From positions 27,084-91,083 of the forward strand of contig JACKEH010000003.1 in NCBI GenBank assembly GCA_020633125.1: a stretch of DNA of 64,000 bases, given 5' to 3'. Shown piece by piece: positions 1 to 8,933 of this stretch. The DNA is from Sandaracinus sp. (GTDB lineage Bacteria > Myxococcota_A > Polyangia > Polyangiales > Houyiibacteriaceae). The notes under the pieces were generated by a model. That model was not told the origin of the DNA and searched no databases. It saw only the letters and a program-made list of their open reading frames with translations. Position numbers and translations under genes: made by a program. Position 1 is the stretch's first letter; each line of letters starts with the position of its first letter.

Positions 1-1
1 G

Positions 2-1354
2 CACCGCGCACTCGAGGTGCTCCGCCATCGCGACGTCGCGCACCGCCGCCCCCTGAGGAGGGCCCCCGTTCGGGAAGCGCGGCTCCGCCCCGAAGCAGCG
101 AAGCGCGCGGTCCGCGCCGATCGCGCAGCTTCGCGAACGACCCGACACCACCCGCGTGAAACGTCCAGAGGGGATCGTCGACCCGTCGAAATCGCCCCAA
201 CACACGAGGCCCCCGTCTTGCTTCACCGCGCACGTGTGTGTGGTCCCCGCGCCGACGTCGACGAAACGACCTTCCGGAGCGCGGGTCTGGCCTCGGTAGC
301 CTTCCCCGACGCACACGAGCTCGTCGTCCAGGCTTCGCCCACACGCGAAGCCCTCACTGACGATCACCTCCGCCATCGTCCGCGTGCCGAAGTCGTCCGC
401 ACCGCCCCAGCAGCTCACGGTGTGGTCCGCACGAAGGCCACAAACACGACGACGTCCGACCGCGAGCGACGTGAAAGGGCCCGGAGGCGCGGGAGGAAGG
501 CGTGTCATCCGATCGAAGCCCGCGCAGACGACCGAGCCGTCCGTTGTCACGCCGCACAGCCCGCCGCCGCCCGCGACGGCACGGGTCGGCGCGAGGCTCG
601 CGAACCGCGCCCTCGGCGCCTCGTCCGCGCGGTAGCCGCCGCACGCCAGCGTCCCGTCCTCACGTCGACCACACGCGAGCCCCGCGGACATCGTCACCCC
701 GACGAAGCGCTCTTCCGGCAACGTCGGTGCGTTCAGACCCCAACAGATCACGCGGCCGTCGTGGCGGAGCCCACATCCACTCGCTTCGTGAAGCGCGAGC
801 TCGGAGAAGCGCCCCGAAGGCGCGTCGAGACGACCCGAGTCGGGGTCGCCCCAACACGCGATCGTTCCGTCGTCGCGCAGCGCACACACCGCGGATCGTC
901 CCGCGCGCATCCCGTGAAGCGGCACGTTCGGCGGCCCCACCAAGCCGGTGCCGTCGTCGTAGGTGGACCAACACCGCGCGCGTCGCTCGGCGTCGAGCGC
1001 ACAGGCCCAACGGTCGGTCGCCACGATCTCGGAGAACACCCCGGTCGGTAGCGTCGGCCACCCCGCGCCCCAACAGGCGAGGTCGCCTTCGACGCGAACG
1101 ACACAACCGAAGTGTTCTCCGAGCGCGAGCGCGCGCACCTTCGACCGTGTCACCTCGGCCGGGAGCGAGAGCTGCGTCGCGTCGACCGCGACCGGCATCA
1201 CGATTGGCAGTCGGTCGACCTCGGCACGCGCCGGTTCGTGCGGTGGCGTCTCGTCCGGCGTCGATTCGATCGTGGTCGTGGGGCGCGCGGGTTCTCGAGG
1301 CTCGCTCGTCGAACCGCAGCCCAACACGAGACACACGCAGAAGAGCGTTCGCAT
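2..1354 (-). CDS. RCC1-like repeat lipoprotein (C-terminus runs off the window start)
   Basis: Absent from the ORF track because there is no stop in the window. Reverse translation from ATG 1354 gives MRTLFCVCLVLGCGS (lipobox). Repeated motifs follow, such as GDLACWGAGWPTLP, RARCWSTYDDG and DGTIACWGDP, typical of RCC1-type propeller repeats. I checked the frame at several points and it stays open to position 2. Confidence 0.7.
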   Translation of the reverse strand, partial: MRTLFCVCLVLGCGSTSEPREPARPTTTIESTPDETPPHEPARAEVDRLPIVMPVAVDATQLSLPAEVTRSKVRALALGEHFGCVVRVEGDLACWGAGWPTLPTGVFSEIVATDRWACALDAERRARCWSTYDDGTGLVGPPNVPLHGMRAGRSAVCALRDDGTIACWGDPDSGRLDAPSGRFSELALHEASGCGLRHDGRVICWGLNAPTLPEERFVGVTMSAGLACGRREDGTLACGGYRADEAPRARFASLAPTRAVAGGGGLCGVTTDGSVVCAGFDRMTRLPPAPPGPFTSLAVGRRRVCGLRADHTVSCWGGADDFGTRTMAEVIVSEGFACGRSLDDELVCVGEGYRGQTRAPEGRFVDVGAGTTHTCAVKQDGGLVCWGDFDGSTIPSGRFTRVVSGRSRSCAIGADRALRCFGAEPRFPNGGPPQGAAVRDVAMAEHLECAV

Positions 1355-1615
1355 CGCGGCAGCCTAGTCCGTGGACTCCGTGATTTCTTTCGGAAAGCAC
1401 GAGTGGACTCGACGCTTCTTCCGAGGGCTCTCGCACGCCCGCTCCGACGCGATCGTCGAGGCGGACTCGACCCACGCGATCGTCGAGGCGACCTCTGTCT
1501 CCGAGGTTCGTCGCGAATCGAGCTTCGGAGGTCCGCGTCGCTTTCGCGTGGCTCGGGCGTGGGCTCGGAATGCCACGTACGCTCCGCGCGGTCGTCTCGT
1601 CGACGCCCGCCCACC

Positions 1616-2455
1616 ATGACTCCCCTCGCCGCGTTGCTCGTCCTCGCCTCCGCGCTCGCTCACGCGACGTGGAACGCGATGCTCAAGGGTCGTCGCGGCG
1701 ATCCGCTCGCCGCGTCCGGCGCGCTCTGTTTGGGGTGGGTGGTCGCCGCGCTTCCGATGCTCGCGGTGGTCGAGTCTCCGCTCGCCGCGTCGTGGCCGCA
1801 CATGGCCGCGTCGACCGTCCTGCACCTGGTCTACTTCTACGCGCTCGTCGCCGCGTACCGCGTGGCCGATCTCTCGCTCGTCTATCCGATCGCGCGAGGT
1901 CTCCCGCCGTTGCTCGTGGCGCTCGGCGCGGTGCTCGTGTTGCGCGAGCGCCTCAGCCTCGTCGGTTGGGGCGGCGTCGCGCTCGTCACCGCCGGTGTGC
2001 TCGCCATCGGCCTGACCCGCGGAGCCGGCCACGGCCGTGGGCTCGGCCTCGCGTTGCTCACCGCGTGCCTCATCGGCGGCTACACCCTGGTCGACGGCGC
2101 GGGTGCGCGCGCGTCGGGCTCGCCCCTCGGCTACGCGAGCTGGCTCTTCGTGATTCAAGGCTCGCTCTTCGCGGCCAGCGCCTACGCGATCGCCAAACCC
2201 GACGTGAGGTCGGAGATGCGCGCGCGATGGCGCTCGGGCTTGTTGGCCGGGACCCTGGCCGCGGCCGGATACGCCATCGCGCTCTGGGCGATGACGGTCG
2301 CGCCGGTCGCGCACGTCGCCGCGCTGCGCGAGACTTCCGTCGTCTTCGCCGCCGCTATCGGCGCGGTCTTCCTGAAAGAACCGCTCGGGCGTCGACGTCT
2401 CGTGGCAGCGGCCGTCGTCGCCGCCGGGGTCGTGGCGATTCAGCTGGGTGGCTGA
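1616..2455 (+). CDS. EamA/DMT-family transporter
   Basis: Same frame as ORF 1112..2455, but the first 168 codons are Arg-rich shadow. From ATG 1616 the product is 279 aa with about 10 hydrophobic helices in two EamA-like halves (YPIARGLPPLLVALGAVLVLRE, ALRETSVVFAAAIGAVFLKEPLG). Confidence 0.85.
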   Translation: MTPLAALLVLASALAHATWNAMLKGRRGDPLAASGALCLGWVVAALPMLAVVESPLAASWPHMAASTVLHLVYFYALVAAYRVADLSLVYPIARGLPPLLVALGAVLVLRERLSLVGWGGVALVTAGVLAIGLTRGAGHGRGLGLALLTACLIGGYTLVDGAGARASGSPLGYASWLFVIQGSLFAASAYAIAKPDVRSEMRARWRSGLLAGTLAAAGYAIALWAMTVAPVAHVAALRETSVVFAAAIGAVFLKEPLGRRRLVAAAVVAAGVVAIQLGG

Positions 2456-2638
2456 CCCGGACCGACGCGGCGCAGGTCGAACCGCGAACGGAGTCGCGTC
2501 GGAACGCGCCGCGTTGACAGCCGCCGCGGTCGCGCGCTAACCGTTCCGCCTCGCACGCGCTCCACCGAACGAATCTCGGTGCGATCGCGGGCCGCCAGCG
2601 GCTCGATTCGGTCGGCTGCGGAGCGCACGGGAGACGCG

Positions 2639-3157
2639 ATGGACGAGTTTCAGGATGAGATCTTCGAGCTCGACGCGATCGACGCGCAGCTGCTGAACGA
2701 GCTCCAGGACGACGCGAAGATCTCGCTCAAGCGAGTCGGCGAGAAGGTCGGCCTGAGCGCGCCCGCGGTGATGGAGCGGGTGCGAAAGATGGAACAAGCC
2801 GGCGTGATCGTCGGCTACCACGCGCAGATCGACGCGCGACGTGTCGGCATCGACGTCGCGGCGTTCATCGGGGTGTCGATTTCCGATCCGAAGCGCGTCG
2901 ACGCGTTCGAGCAATGGGTCGACGAGACGCCCTCCGTGCTCGAGATGCATCACGTCACGGGCGGGCACACGCTCCTCATCAAGGTGAAGGTGCGGAACAC
3001 CTCCGCGCTCGAGCAGCTCATCCGCCGCATTCGAGAGCTCGAAGGGGTGTCGCACACGGAGACGATGGTGATCCTCTCCACACACACCGAACGGATCCCC
3101 GTGCGGCTCGAGCTGCCCGACGACGAAGCCGCGCGCCGTCGTCGCAAACGACGCTGA
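2639..3157 (+). CDS. Lrp/AsnC-family transcriptional regulator
   Basis: It has an N-terminal HTH (LDAIDAQLLNELQDDAKISLKRVGEKVGLSAPAVMERVRKMEQAGVI) and an AsnC-type ligand domain. The start was moved to ATG 2639 (MDEFQ). Confidence 0.9.
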   Translation: MDEFQDEIFELDAIDAQLLNELQDDAKISLKRVGEKVGLSAPAVMERVRKMEQAGVIVGYHAQIDARRVGIDVAAFIGVSISDPKRVDAFEQWVDETPSVLEMHHVTGGHTLLIKVKVRNTSALEQLIRRIRELEGVSHTETMVILSTHTERIPVRLELPDDEAARRRRKRR

Positions 3158-3213
3158 CTCGTCACGCGACGTGGCGTTCACGCAATCGGTAGTCGTGTAG
3201 CAACGCCCGACGC

Positions 3214-3696
3214 TCACGCACCAATCGACATCGGCGGCGTGGTCGAGCGGCGTCGCTCGATCGCCTCGAGTTCCTCGTCGCTCGAGTCGGGGTCGTAGAA
3301 GCGCTCGAAGTCCTCCCTCGCCTCTTCCATCTCGGCGACGAGCCGCGCGCCGAGGGCGGCTTCGATTGCGCCTGCGTCGGTGAAACGCTGCAGCGCCTCG
3401 ATCAAGTGGTCGAAGAAGGTTGCGACCGGTCCGTCCATCCCGACCGTGCCGCCCTCCGCCAGGTCTCGGAAGAGGAAGTCGCTCACGTCGAACGAGAGCC
3501 AGTCGTAGGGAGGCTGGCGCTCGGAGAAGACGAAACTGCTCAACAAGCAGAACGCGGCATGGGCGGCGGAGGCGATGAAGGGGTCGTGAACGTCCTCGAG
3601 CTCCGTGAGCCACGCCTCGGCGGGGGGCCGGTGACGCTCGAAGAACTCGCGCGCCTCGGGCGCTTCGCACGGGAAGAAGAACGGCATCGACGACAT
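3214..3696 (-). CDS. Hypothetical acidic protein, 160 aa (last gene of a 4-gene operon)
   Basis: This is the C-terminal part of ORF 3214..4737. The protein-like sequence begins at ATG 3696 (MSSMPFFFPCEAPEAREFF), and a GGAGG sits 4-5 nt upstream. The upstream part of that ORF is Arg-rich shadow. Confidence 0.7.
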   Translation of the reverse strand: MSSMPFFFPCEAPEAREFFERHRPPAEAWLTELEDVHDPFIASAAHAAFCLLSSFVFSERQPPYDWLSFDVSDFLFRDLAEGGTVGMDGPVATFFDHLIEALQRFTDAGAIEAALGARLVAEMEEAREDFERFYDPDSSDEELEAIERRRSTTPPMSIGA

Positions 3697-3857
3697 GGGG
3701 CCTCCAGAAAAGAAGCCACTTGCTCGCCCGGCCGTTCCCCCGGTTTCGCGGCGAAGCATGGTCGAAGGACGCCCACTCCGCGGAGCGCGCTCGCTTCGCG
3801 CCGACGCGTCACGTCGCCGCCGCGACCACGTTTGCCTGCGCGAAACGAAACGTCGAC

Positions 3858-4676
3858 TCAGCCGCCGTGGCGCCCCTTGGCGCGCACCCACTGCTGGTTC
3901 GACTCGAGCGAGTACTTGTAGAAATAGGCCATTCGGCTGTCGATGTACTTCTGGTCGACCGGCTCGTTGCGAAGACGCGCGCGCTCGTGCGCGACCGTCT
4001 CCCAATAACGTCGCTCGAGACGCTCCCACTCCTCGAGACTCTCCACCGGCTCGGCCGCCCAGTTTCGGTCGCGACGCCAACGGTCGGCCACGATGCGCTG
4101 ACGCTCGACCGCGTGGCGATGAGGCAGCGCCGCCGCGTCGGCGAGATTCTGCACGCACCAACCGAAGTAGTACTGAATCGCCATCGAAGGCGCGGCTTGG
4201 TTCACGACCCCGCAGTGCGTGCAGGTCGCCGCGACGAGCTCGATGCGCGTGGGAAGGTTCAAGGGCGCGCCGCACGACGAGCACGGCACCGGCTTCTCCA
4301 TCGCCGCCATCGCACGCCCGAACGCTTCGCGCGCGATCTCGCTCATCCACGCGGCCTTCGCGAGCGACCACTTCTCGTCGAGCAAGACCTCCGAGTCTTG
4401 CTTCATGTCGAGGCCGACGTCGTGAATCTCGGGGTCGGCGGAGAACTTGTCCTCGACCTGTGCATCCCAGGTCTCCTGAATCTTGTCCCGCAGCTGCCGC
4501 ACGCGGTGGTCGAGGCCCGTGATCGCGTTGCTCACCGGCATCTGGTCTTCGGGGTGCTGCGCGGCGATCGCGCGCACGCCGGCTTCGGCTTCGACGCAGA
4601 TCTCGGCGAGACGTTCGTGAATCTTCGCGAGGAACGACTGCCAACGATCGACCAAGGCTTGCTGGTTCGCGTTCAT
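3858..4676 (-). CDS. Hypothetical protein with central zinc ribbon, 272 aa
   Basis: ORF 3858..4676 has a balanced composition. It has a helical N-terminus and a CSSCGAPLN...CTHCG (CxxC-N17-CxxC) motif. Confidence 0.75.
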   Translation of the reverse strand: MNANQQALVDRWQSFLAKIHERLAEICVEAEAGVRAIAAQHPEDQMPVSNAITGLDHRVRQLRDKIQETWDAQVEDKFSADPEIHDVGLDMKQDSEVLLDEKWSLAKAAWMSEIAREAFGRAMAAMEKPVPCSSCGAPLNLPTRIELVAATCTHCGVVNQAAPSMAIQYYFGWCVQNLADAAALPHRHAVERQRIVADRWRRDRNWAAEPVESLEEWERLERRYWETVAHERARLRNEPVDQKYIDSRMAYFYKYSLESNQQWVRAKGRHGG

Positions 4677-4789
4677 GAGAAACCTCGATTCGGAGTCGCC
4701 CGCGGCGACGAAGCACGAAAGGGAGAGCCCGGCTCATGCGCGGGCCTGGGACGGAAACGACGAAGCGCGATCGATCGACCGCGCTCCGT

Positions 4790-5260
4790 TCACGCCTGCT
4801 TGGGATCGGCGTAGAGGAAGCGACCGCAATACGGGCAGTGAAACGCGAGCGCCGTCGTCTGCTTGCCGCCGCAGAAGCGGCATCGCGCGACGTAGATCGT
4901 CTTCACCTTCCCGTAGCGCTCCTTCCACCAGCTCACGCTCGCGGTGGCGTTCGCGAAGATCATGGCGAGCCCCGCCTTGCCGCCCGTCGTCGGCGCCGGC
5001 GCGATCTCGTTCATCGTCTCGCGGACGAGGTCGGCGAGATGCGCCGTGATGCCGACGCCCGGAGGCCCGAGCCGGCTGGCCGCGTCGCGACCCCACGTGG
5101 CCACCGCTTCGAGGCACGCACGAAGCTCCGCCTCACGTGCTCCGGTCGGTGTCACGCCGTAGCTCTCGGCCACCGGCTCCCACGGCTCCTCCCCACGAAA
5201 CGCGGCGAGGAGCCGGGCACGGTGCATCGAGACGGCGTCGGCCAGCTCGTCCGGCGTCAC
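4790..5260 (-). CDS. Hypothetical protein with C-terminal zinc ribbon, 156 aa
   Basis: ORF 4790..5260 carries a C-terminal CRFCGG...CPYCG motif. Its start lies 2 nt after the stop of the upstream gene (5262). Confidence 0.75.
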   Translation of the reverse strand: MTPDELADAVSMHRARLLAAFRGEEPWEPVAESYGVTPTGAREAELRACLEAVATWGRDAASRLGPPGVGITAHLADLVRETMNEIAPAPTTGGKAGLAMIFANATASVSWWKERYGKVKTIYVARCRFCGGKQTTALAFHCPYCGRFLYADPKQA

Positions 5261-5261
5261 G

Positions 5262-6416
5262 TCAGAAGCTCAGGTCGGAGTCGGGCGCCGCCGGGGCCGC
5301 ACCCATGTACTGCTTCTCGTAGTGCTCGCAGAGCTCGTTGTAGCGGGGGAAACGCGCGAGGTCCGCGGTGAGCTGCGAGAGCCACCACGAGTGCGCGGCC
5401 GAGAAATCCTGCGCGTTCATGTTGAACGTCTTCGCGAGCATCGCGTTGACGTCCTGGCCCGTCTTCGACCACGCGCTCATCGCGCCCTGAATCTCGCAGC
5501 ACTTCTCGAAGGGGATCGGCTCCGGCCCGCCCGCCGCGGTTCCGTCGTAGCCGGTCGCCGCGTGGGCCGCCGACGCGGCGCCGAACTGGCCCTGACCCGC
5601 CGACTGGAAGGCCTGGCCGTAGATCGTCACGAGCGTGTGCGTCGTGTCGTTCTGCATGCGCGTGTTCCACTCGTTCGACACGCGATGCCACTTCGCCATG
5701 TCCATGCCCTGCTCGGCGAGCAGCGCCGCGAACTGGTCCTGCGAGAGGCTCGCCGCACGCGCCTGAATCTGCGCGTATTGCTCCATCGTCACGCCCTCGA
5801 CCGGCGCGACCAACGCGGGGTCGGCCTGCATGCTCTGCTGCATGTTGGCCTGGTGCATCATCTGGCCGGCCTTCATCGACGCGCTCATGACGCGCTGGCT
5901 CTGGAAGACACAGTCGCCGAGGTTCGGGCCGTGGTAGTCGGCGAAGTGCTTCATCACCGTCGCGCGGACCTTGTAGAAGTGACCCGCGTCCCGGTAGCCG
6001 AAGCCGATGAGCTTCTGCTCGGCGTTGTGCGGGTCGCTCTGGTGCTCCATGCCGAAGACCATCTCGTGCATGAGGAACTTGGTGAGCGCCTCGTCGGTCG
6101 GGCCGTTGCCGGCCGGGCCCCAATCGTCCACCCACGCCTGACGCGGGATGTCCTTGTTGACCTGGTCGATCCAGACGTTGTCGCCGTCGTCCTCGTCCTC
6201 GATGAGCGCGGCGCCATCCCGCTGGACGAGCACCTTGCCGGCCGCGACGTGCACGTGCTCGGCGCCTTCGATCTCGTCGAGACCGGACACGCTGCCGTGG
6301 GCGCTCGCGTAGCCGCCGCCGCCGCTGCTCGCTCCGCCCGACGGGAGCTCGGGATCCTTCTTCATGCCGAAGAGGCCCATGAAGAAGTCGATGATCTTCT
6401 GGATCAAATCACCCAC
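5262..6416 (-). CDS. Hypothetical protein, 384 aa (first gene of the 4-gene operon)
   Basis: It uses a GTG start at 6416 with GGAGGG about 8 nt upstream. The N-terminus is amphipathic (MGDLIQKIIDFFMGLFG), followed by a Gly/Ser linker and a Gln/Met-rich globular part. I recognise no family. Confidence 0.75.
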   Translation of the reverse strand: MGDLIQKIIDFFMGLFGMKKDPELPSGGASSGGGGYASAHGSVSGLDEIEGAEHVHVAAGKVLVQRDGAALIEDEDDGDNVWIDQVNKDIPRQAWVDDWGPAGNGPTDEALTKFLMHEMVFGMEHQSDPHNAEQKLIGFGYRDAGHFYKVRATVMKHFADYHGPNLGDCVFQSQRVMSASMKAGQMMHQANMQQSMQADPALVAPVEGVTMEQYAQIQARAASLSQDQFAALLAEQGMDMAKWHRVSNEWNTRMQNDTTHTLVTIYGQAFQSAGQGQFGAASAAHAATGYDGTAAGGPEPIPFEKCCEIQGAMSAWSKTGQDVNAMLAKTFNMNAQDFSAAHSWWLSQLTADLARFPRYNELCEHYEKQYMGAAPAAPDSDLSF

Positions 6417-6536
6417 GTCGAAACCCTCCCTCGCGACGTGGGGCCCCTCGGATCGACCATGTCGACCTTGCCCTCCCGTCGGTGGGGAAAGTGCCAGACG
6501 CTCGCGTCCGTTAGAAGGGGCTTCGTCTGTGACGGA

Positions 6537-6998
6537 TCAATCCACCGTGGACGGATTCTGGATCGCAGCGAGCCGCTCACGGGCTGGACGCTGAAGCCTC
6601 GGATCGGCTTCGTGGGCAAGTCGCTCCAAACGTGCGCGCAACGCCGCGTCGAGGGTCCAGGTGCGGGTGGCTCGAAGCGCCGCGGCTCGAACCAGGGCCG
6701 GCGCGGTGGAGTCGAGGACCCGAAGCACGAGCGAACGGGTCTCCACGGAAGGGTCCGAGGCCAACAGGAGCAAGGCGCGCGTGCGCACGAGCGGACGGGT
6801 GTGGTGCTCGGCGAGCCAGCGCAAGCGCGCCCGATCGGCGTCGCTCGAAAGGCGCTCGGCGCTCGGGACGTCACGGGGGTGGCGGGCCTGCAACCGCAAC
6901 GCGAGGGTCTCGGCGCCGGCGGGTGCTTGCGCTGCGAGGGAGGCGACGGGAAGCGCCGCCAGGGCCACGGCCAAGACGAGTCGGACCGCTTTGCTCAT
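6537..6998 (-). CDS. Secreted helical (HEAT-like) protein, 153 aa
   Basis: It has a signal peptide (MSKAVRLVLAVALAALPVASLAAQA). Its ATG overlaps the upstream stop as ATGA (6995-6998). The rest of ORF 6537..8150 is shadow of the metalloprotease gene. Confidence 0.65.
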   Translation of the reverse strand: MSKAVRLVLAVALAALPVASLAAQAPAGAETLALRLQARHPRDVPSAERLSSDADRARLRWLAEHHTRPLVRTRALLLLASDPSVETRSLVLRVLDSTAPALVRAAALRATRTWTLDAALRARLERLAHEADPRLQRPARERLAAIQNPSTVD

Positions 6999-8134
6999 CG
7001 CACCACCGGTCCGAGCTCGAGGATGCGTCGCTGCCAGGCCGACAGCTCGCGTTGGGGGAACTCGGCCGAGACCCAGAACATCAAGTTCCGGCCGCCGGTC
7101 TCCGCGCATTCCTCCGCCGACACGTCGCCGTCGCCGTCGTCGTCGCGCGAGGCGTCGCACTCGGCCGTGTCGCCGATCGGGTCGTGCTCGGTGCCTTCGG
7201 CTTCGGTGGTGTGAAAGAGGCCGAGCTGGTGACCGAGCTCGTGGGCTGCCGTTTCGGCCATCACGAGCACGTCGACCTCGCCGCCTTCGGTGAGGTGTGG
7301 ATCGACGGCGACCAAGACACCGGCCGAGGCGGCGCCAGGGACCCCGTTCGCGCCGGGAATGCCGCCCGCGATGCCCAGGGTGTCGAGCTCGCCGGTGAAG
7401 CCCTGGATCACGTAGATCGGAATGCGCGAGGGATCGGCCGGTCGGTAGGAGCCGCGCAGCGCCAGGGTCTCCGCGCCGTCGGAGGGCGGGAAGGGATCGC
7501 CGTCGACGGCGGCCGTGGCGACCTCGACGGTGATGGCGAGACCGGTCGCGTCGAGGACCGTCGCGAGCTCGGCGGCCACTTGATCGAGCGTCGCGCCGGG
7601 AAGCTCGGTGGCACCGACGAGCACGAGGTCGACCCGCAACGTACCGCCGGCGGCGCGGCGACGGGAGAGCACGTGAAGGACGCCAGGAGCCGCGCCGGAG
7701 CCGTCGGTCAGAGCCTCGACCCGAAGGCAACCGGGCTCGAGGGCGGAGGTCTCGTTCGTCGGAAAGGCCAACGAAGACGAGTAGTTCCACGTGTGGTAGA
7801 AGGGCGCACGGAGCCCATCGGGGTCGGTGTCGAGGTCGACGAGGCCCCGGTTGTCTTGGCGCACGCTCCAGAAGGCGGTGTAGTCGGTGCCGTCTTCGGC
7901 GACGAGGGCGAGGGCGGTGAGATCGTCGGGCACGACGAGGTCGACGGCCGCGACTCCGTCCGGCCCCCAGGTGAGCGGGAAGGTCTCGCTCGAGGTCGTG
8001 CCGGCGGAGCCGATCGTGGGCGCTTCGGTCGGGCACGCGAGGGGACCCGCATCCGGGAGCGGTTCGGGACCGCCGCCGCCGCCGCCGCAAGCGAGGCCGA
8101 GAGCGATCGAGGCGCGCAGCGCGTGGCGAAGCAC
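6995..8134 (-). CDS. Metzincin-type zinc metalloprotease lipoprotein
   Basis: It has a lipobox (LGLACGG) and the motif HELGHQLGLFH, which fits the HExxHxxGxxH metzincin signature. Confidence 0.8.
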   Translation of the reverse strand: MLRHALRASIALGLACGGGGGGPEPLPDAGPLACPTEAPTIGSAGTTSSETFPLTWGPDGVAAVDLVVPDDLTALALVAEDGTDYTAFWSVRQDNRGLVDLDTDPDGLRAPFYHTWNYSSSLAFPTNETSALEPGCLRVEALTDGSGAAPGVLHVLSRRRAAGGTLRVDLVLVGATELPGATLDQVAAELATVLDATGLAITVEVATAAVDGDPFPPSDGAETLALRGSYRPADPSRIPIYVIQGFTGELDTLGIAGGIPGANGVPGAASAGVLVAVDPHLTEGGEVDVLVMAETAAHELGHQLGLFHTTEAEGTEHDPIGDTAECDASRDDDGDGDVSAEECAETGGRNLMFWVSAEFPQRELSAWQRRILELGPVVR

Positions 8135-8157
8135 GGAGAGAGGGTATCACGGGGACG

Positions 8158-8838
8158 GTGGCGGCGGTGTCGGTGGGGACGGCGGACGGTGGCGGGGCGG
8201 TGTCGGGTCGGTGGCGGTGGCGGTGTCGGTGGCGGTGTCGGGGGTGTCGGTGGCGGTGTCGGTGGCGGGGCGGTGGCGGTGGCGGTGGCGGTGTCGGTGT
8301 CGGTGGCGGTGGCGGTGTCGGTGGCGGTGTCGGTGGCGGTGTGGCGGTGTCCGTGGCGGTGTCGGTGGCGGTGGCGGTGACGGGCGGTGGCGCCGGTGAC
8401 GGTGACGGTGGCGGTGACGGTGGCGCCGGTGGCAGTGGCGGCGCCTGCCGAACTCCGCGAGCGAAGCGGCAGGGCGCGCTGCGGTCTCGGTCTCCGTCTC
8501 GGTCTCCGTCTCGGTCTCCGTCTCGGTCTCCGTCTCGGTCTCCGTCTCGGTCTCCGTCTCGGTCTCCGTCTCGGTCTCCGTCTCGGTCTCCGTCTCCGTC
8601 TCCGTCTCCGTCTCCGTCTCCGTCTCCATCTCGACTCCACTCCGTCTCCGTCTCACCGACTCTCGGGTCTCGGTCTCCGTCTCGTCTCCGTCTCCGTCTC
8701 CGTCTCCGTCTCCGTCTCGGTCTCCGTCTCCGTCTCCGTCTCCGTCTCCGTCTCCGTCTCCGTCTCCGTCTCCGTCTCGGTCTCCGTCTCGGTCTCCGTC
8801 TCGGTCTCGGTCTCGGTCTCCGTCTCGGTCTCCGTCTG
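8158..8838. repeat. Simple-sequence array: GGTGGCGGTGTC-like units, then (TCTCGGTCTCCG)n and (TCTCCG)n
   Basis: The tandem 6/12-mers are directly visible and fill the divergent intergenic region between starts 8134(-) and 8934(+). TCTCCG is a permutation of the reverse complement of GGAGAC. Confidence 0.9.
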
Positions 8839-8933
8839 ACGCCTCAATCGCCCGTAAATCACGACCAATTTCCACGTCTCCCGCTCTCCCCTAGCCTCCC
8901 CTCGAACGTCACACCCGCGTGGTACCAAGGTCC

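Noticed and set aside
17-1475. These are long Arg/Pro-rich ORFs on both strands: 17..1051, 502..1383 and 660..1475. Many similar ones occur throughout the window.
   Set aside because: They are typical high-GC off-frame or antisense shadows of the real RCC1-like gene. Their composition is extreme (R, P, A, S), and they overlap a frame with clear repeat motifs and a lipobox.
3188-3198. This is a 10-nt match (GGTAGTCGTG) to the HUH-element terminal motif, located between the Lrp gene and the convergent operon.
   Set aside because: A single 10-mer match in 128 kb of two-strand sequence is within chance expectation, and no adjacent element sequence is present.
8147-8875. These are ORFs translating the hexamer arrays as ET, DG, RR, SP, RL or VS dipeptide repeats. 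Further examples are at 8158..9429, 8387..8839, 33648..34319, 33847..34308 and 33873..34199.
   Set aside because: All six frames are open across the arrays simply because the repeat has no stop codon. The flanks are not protein-like, and no RBS or credible start is present.
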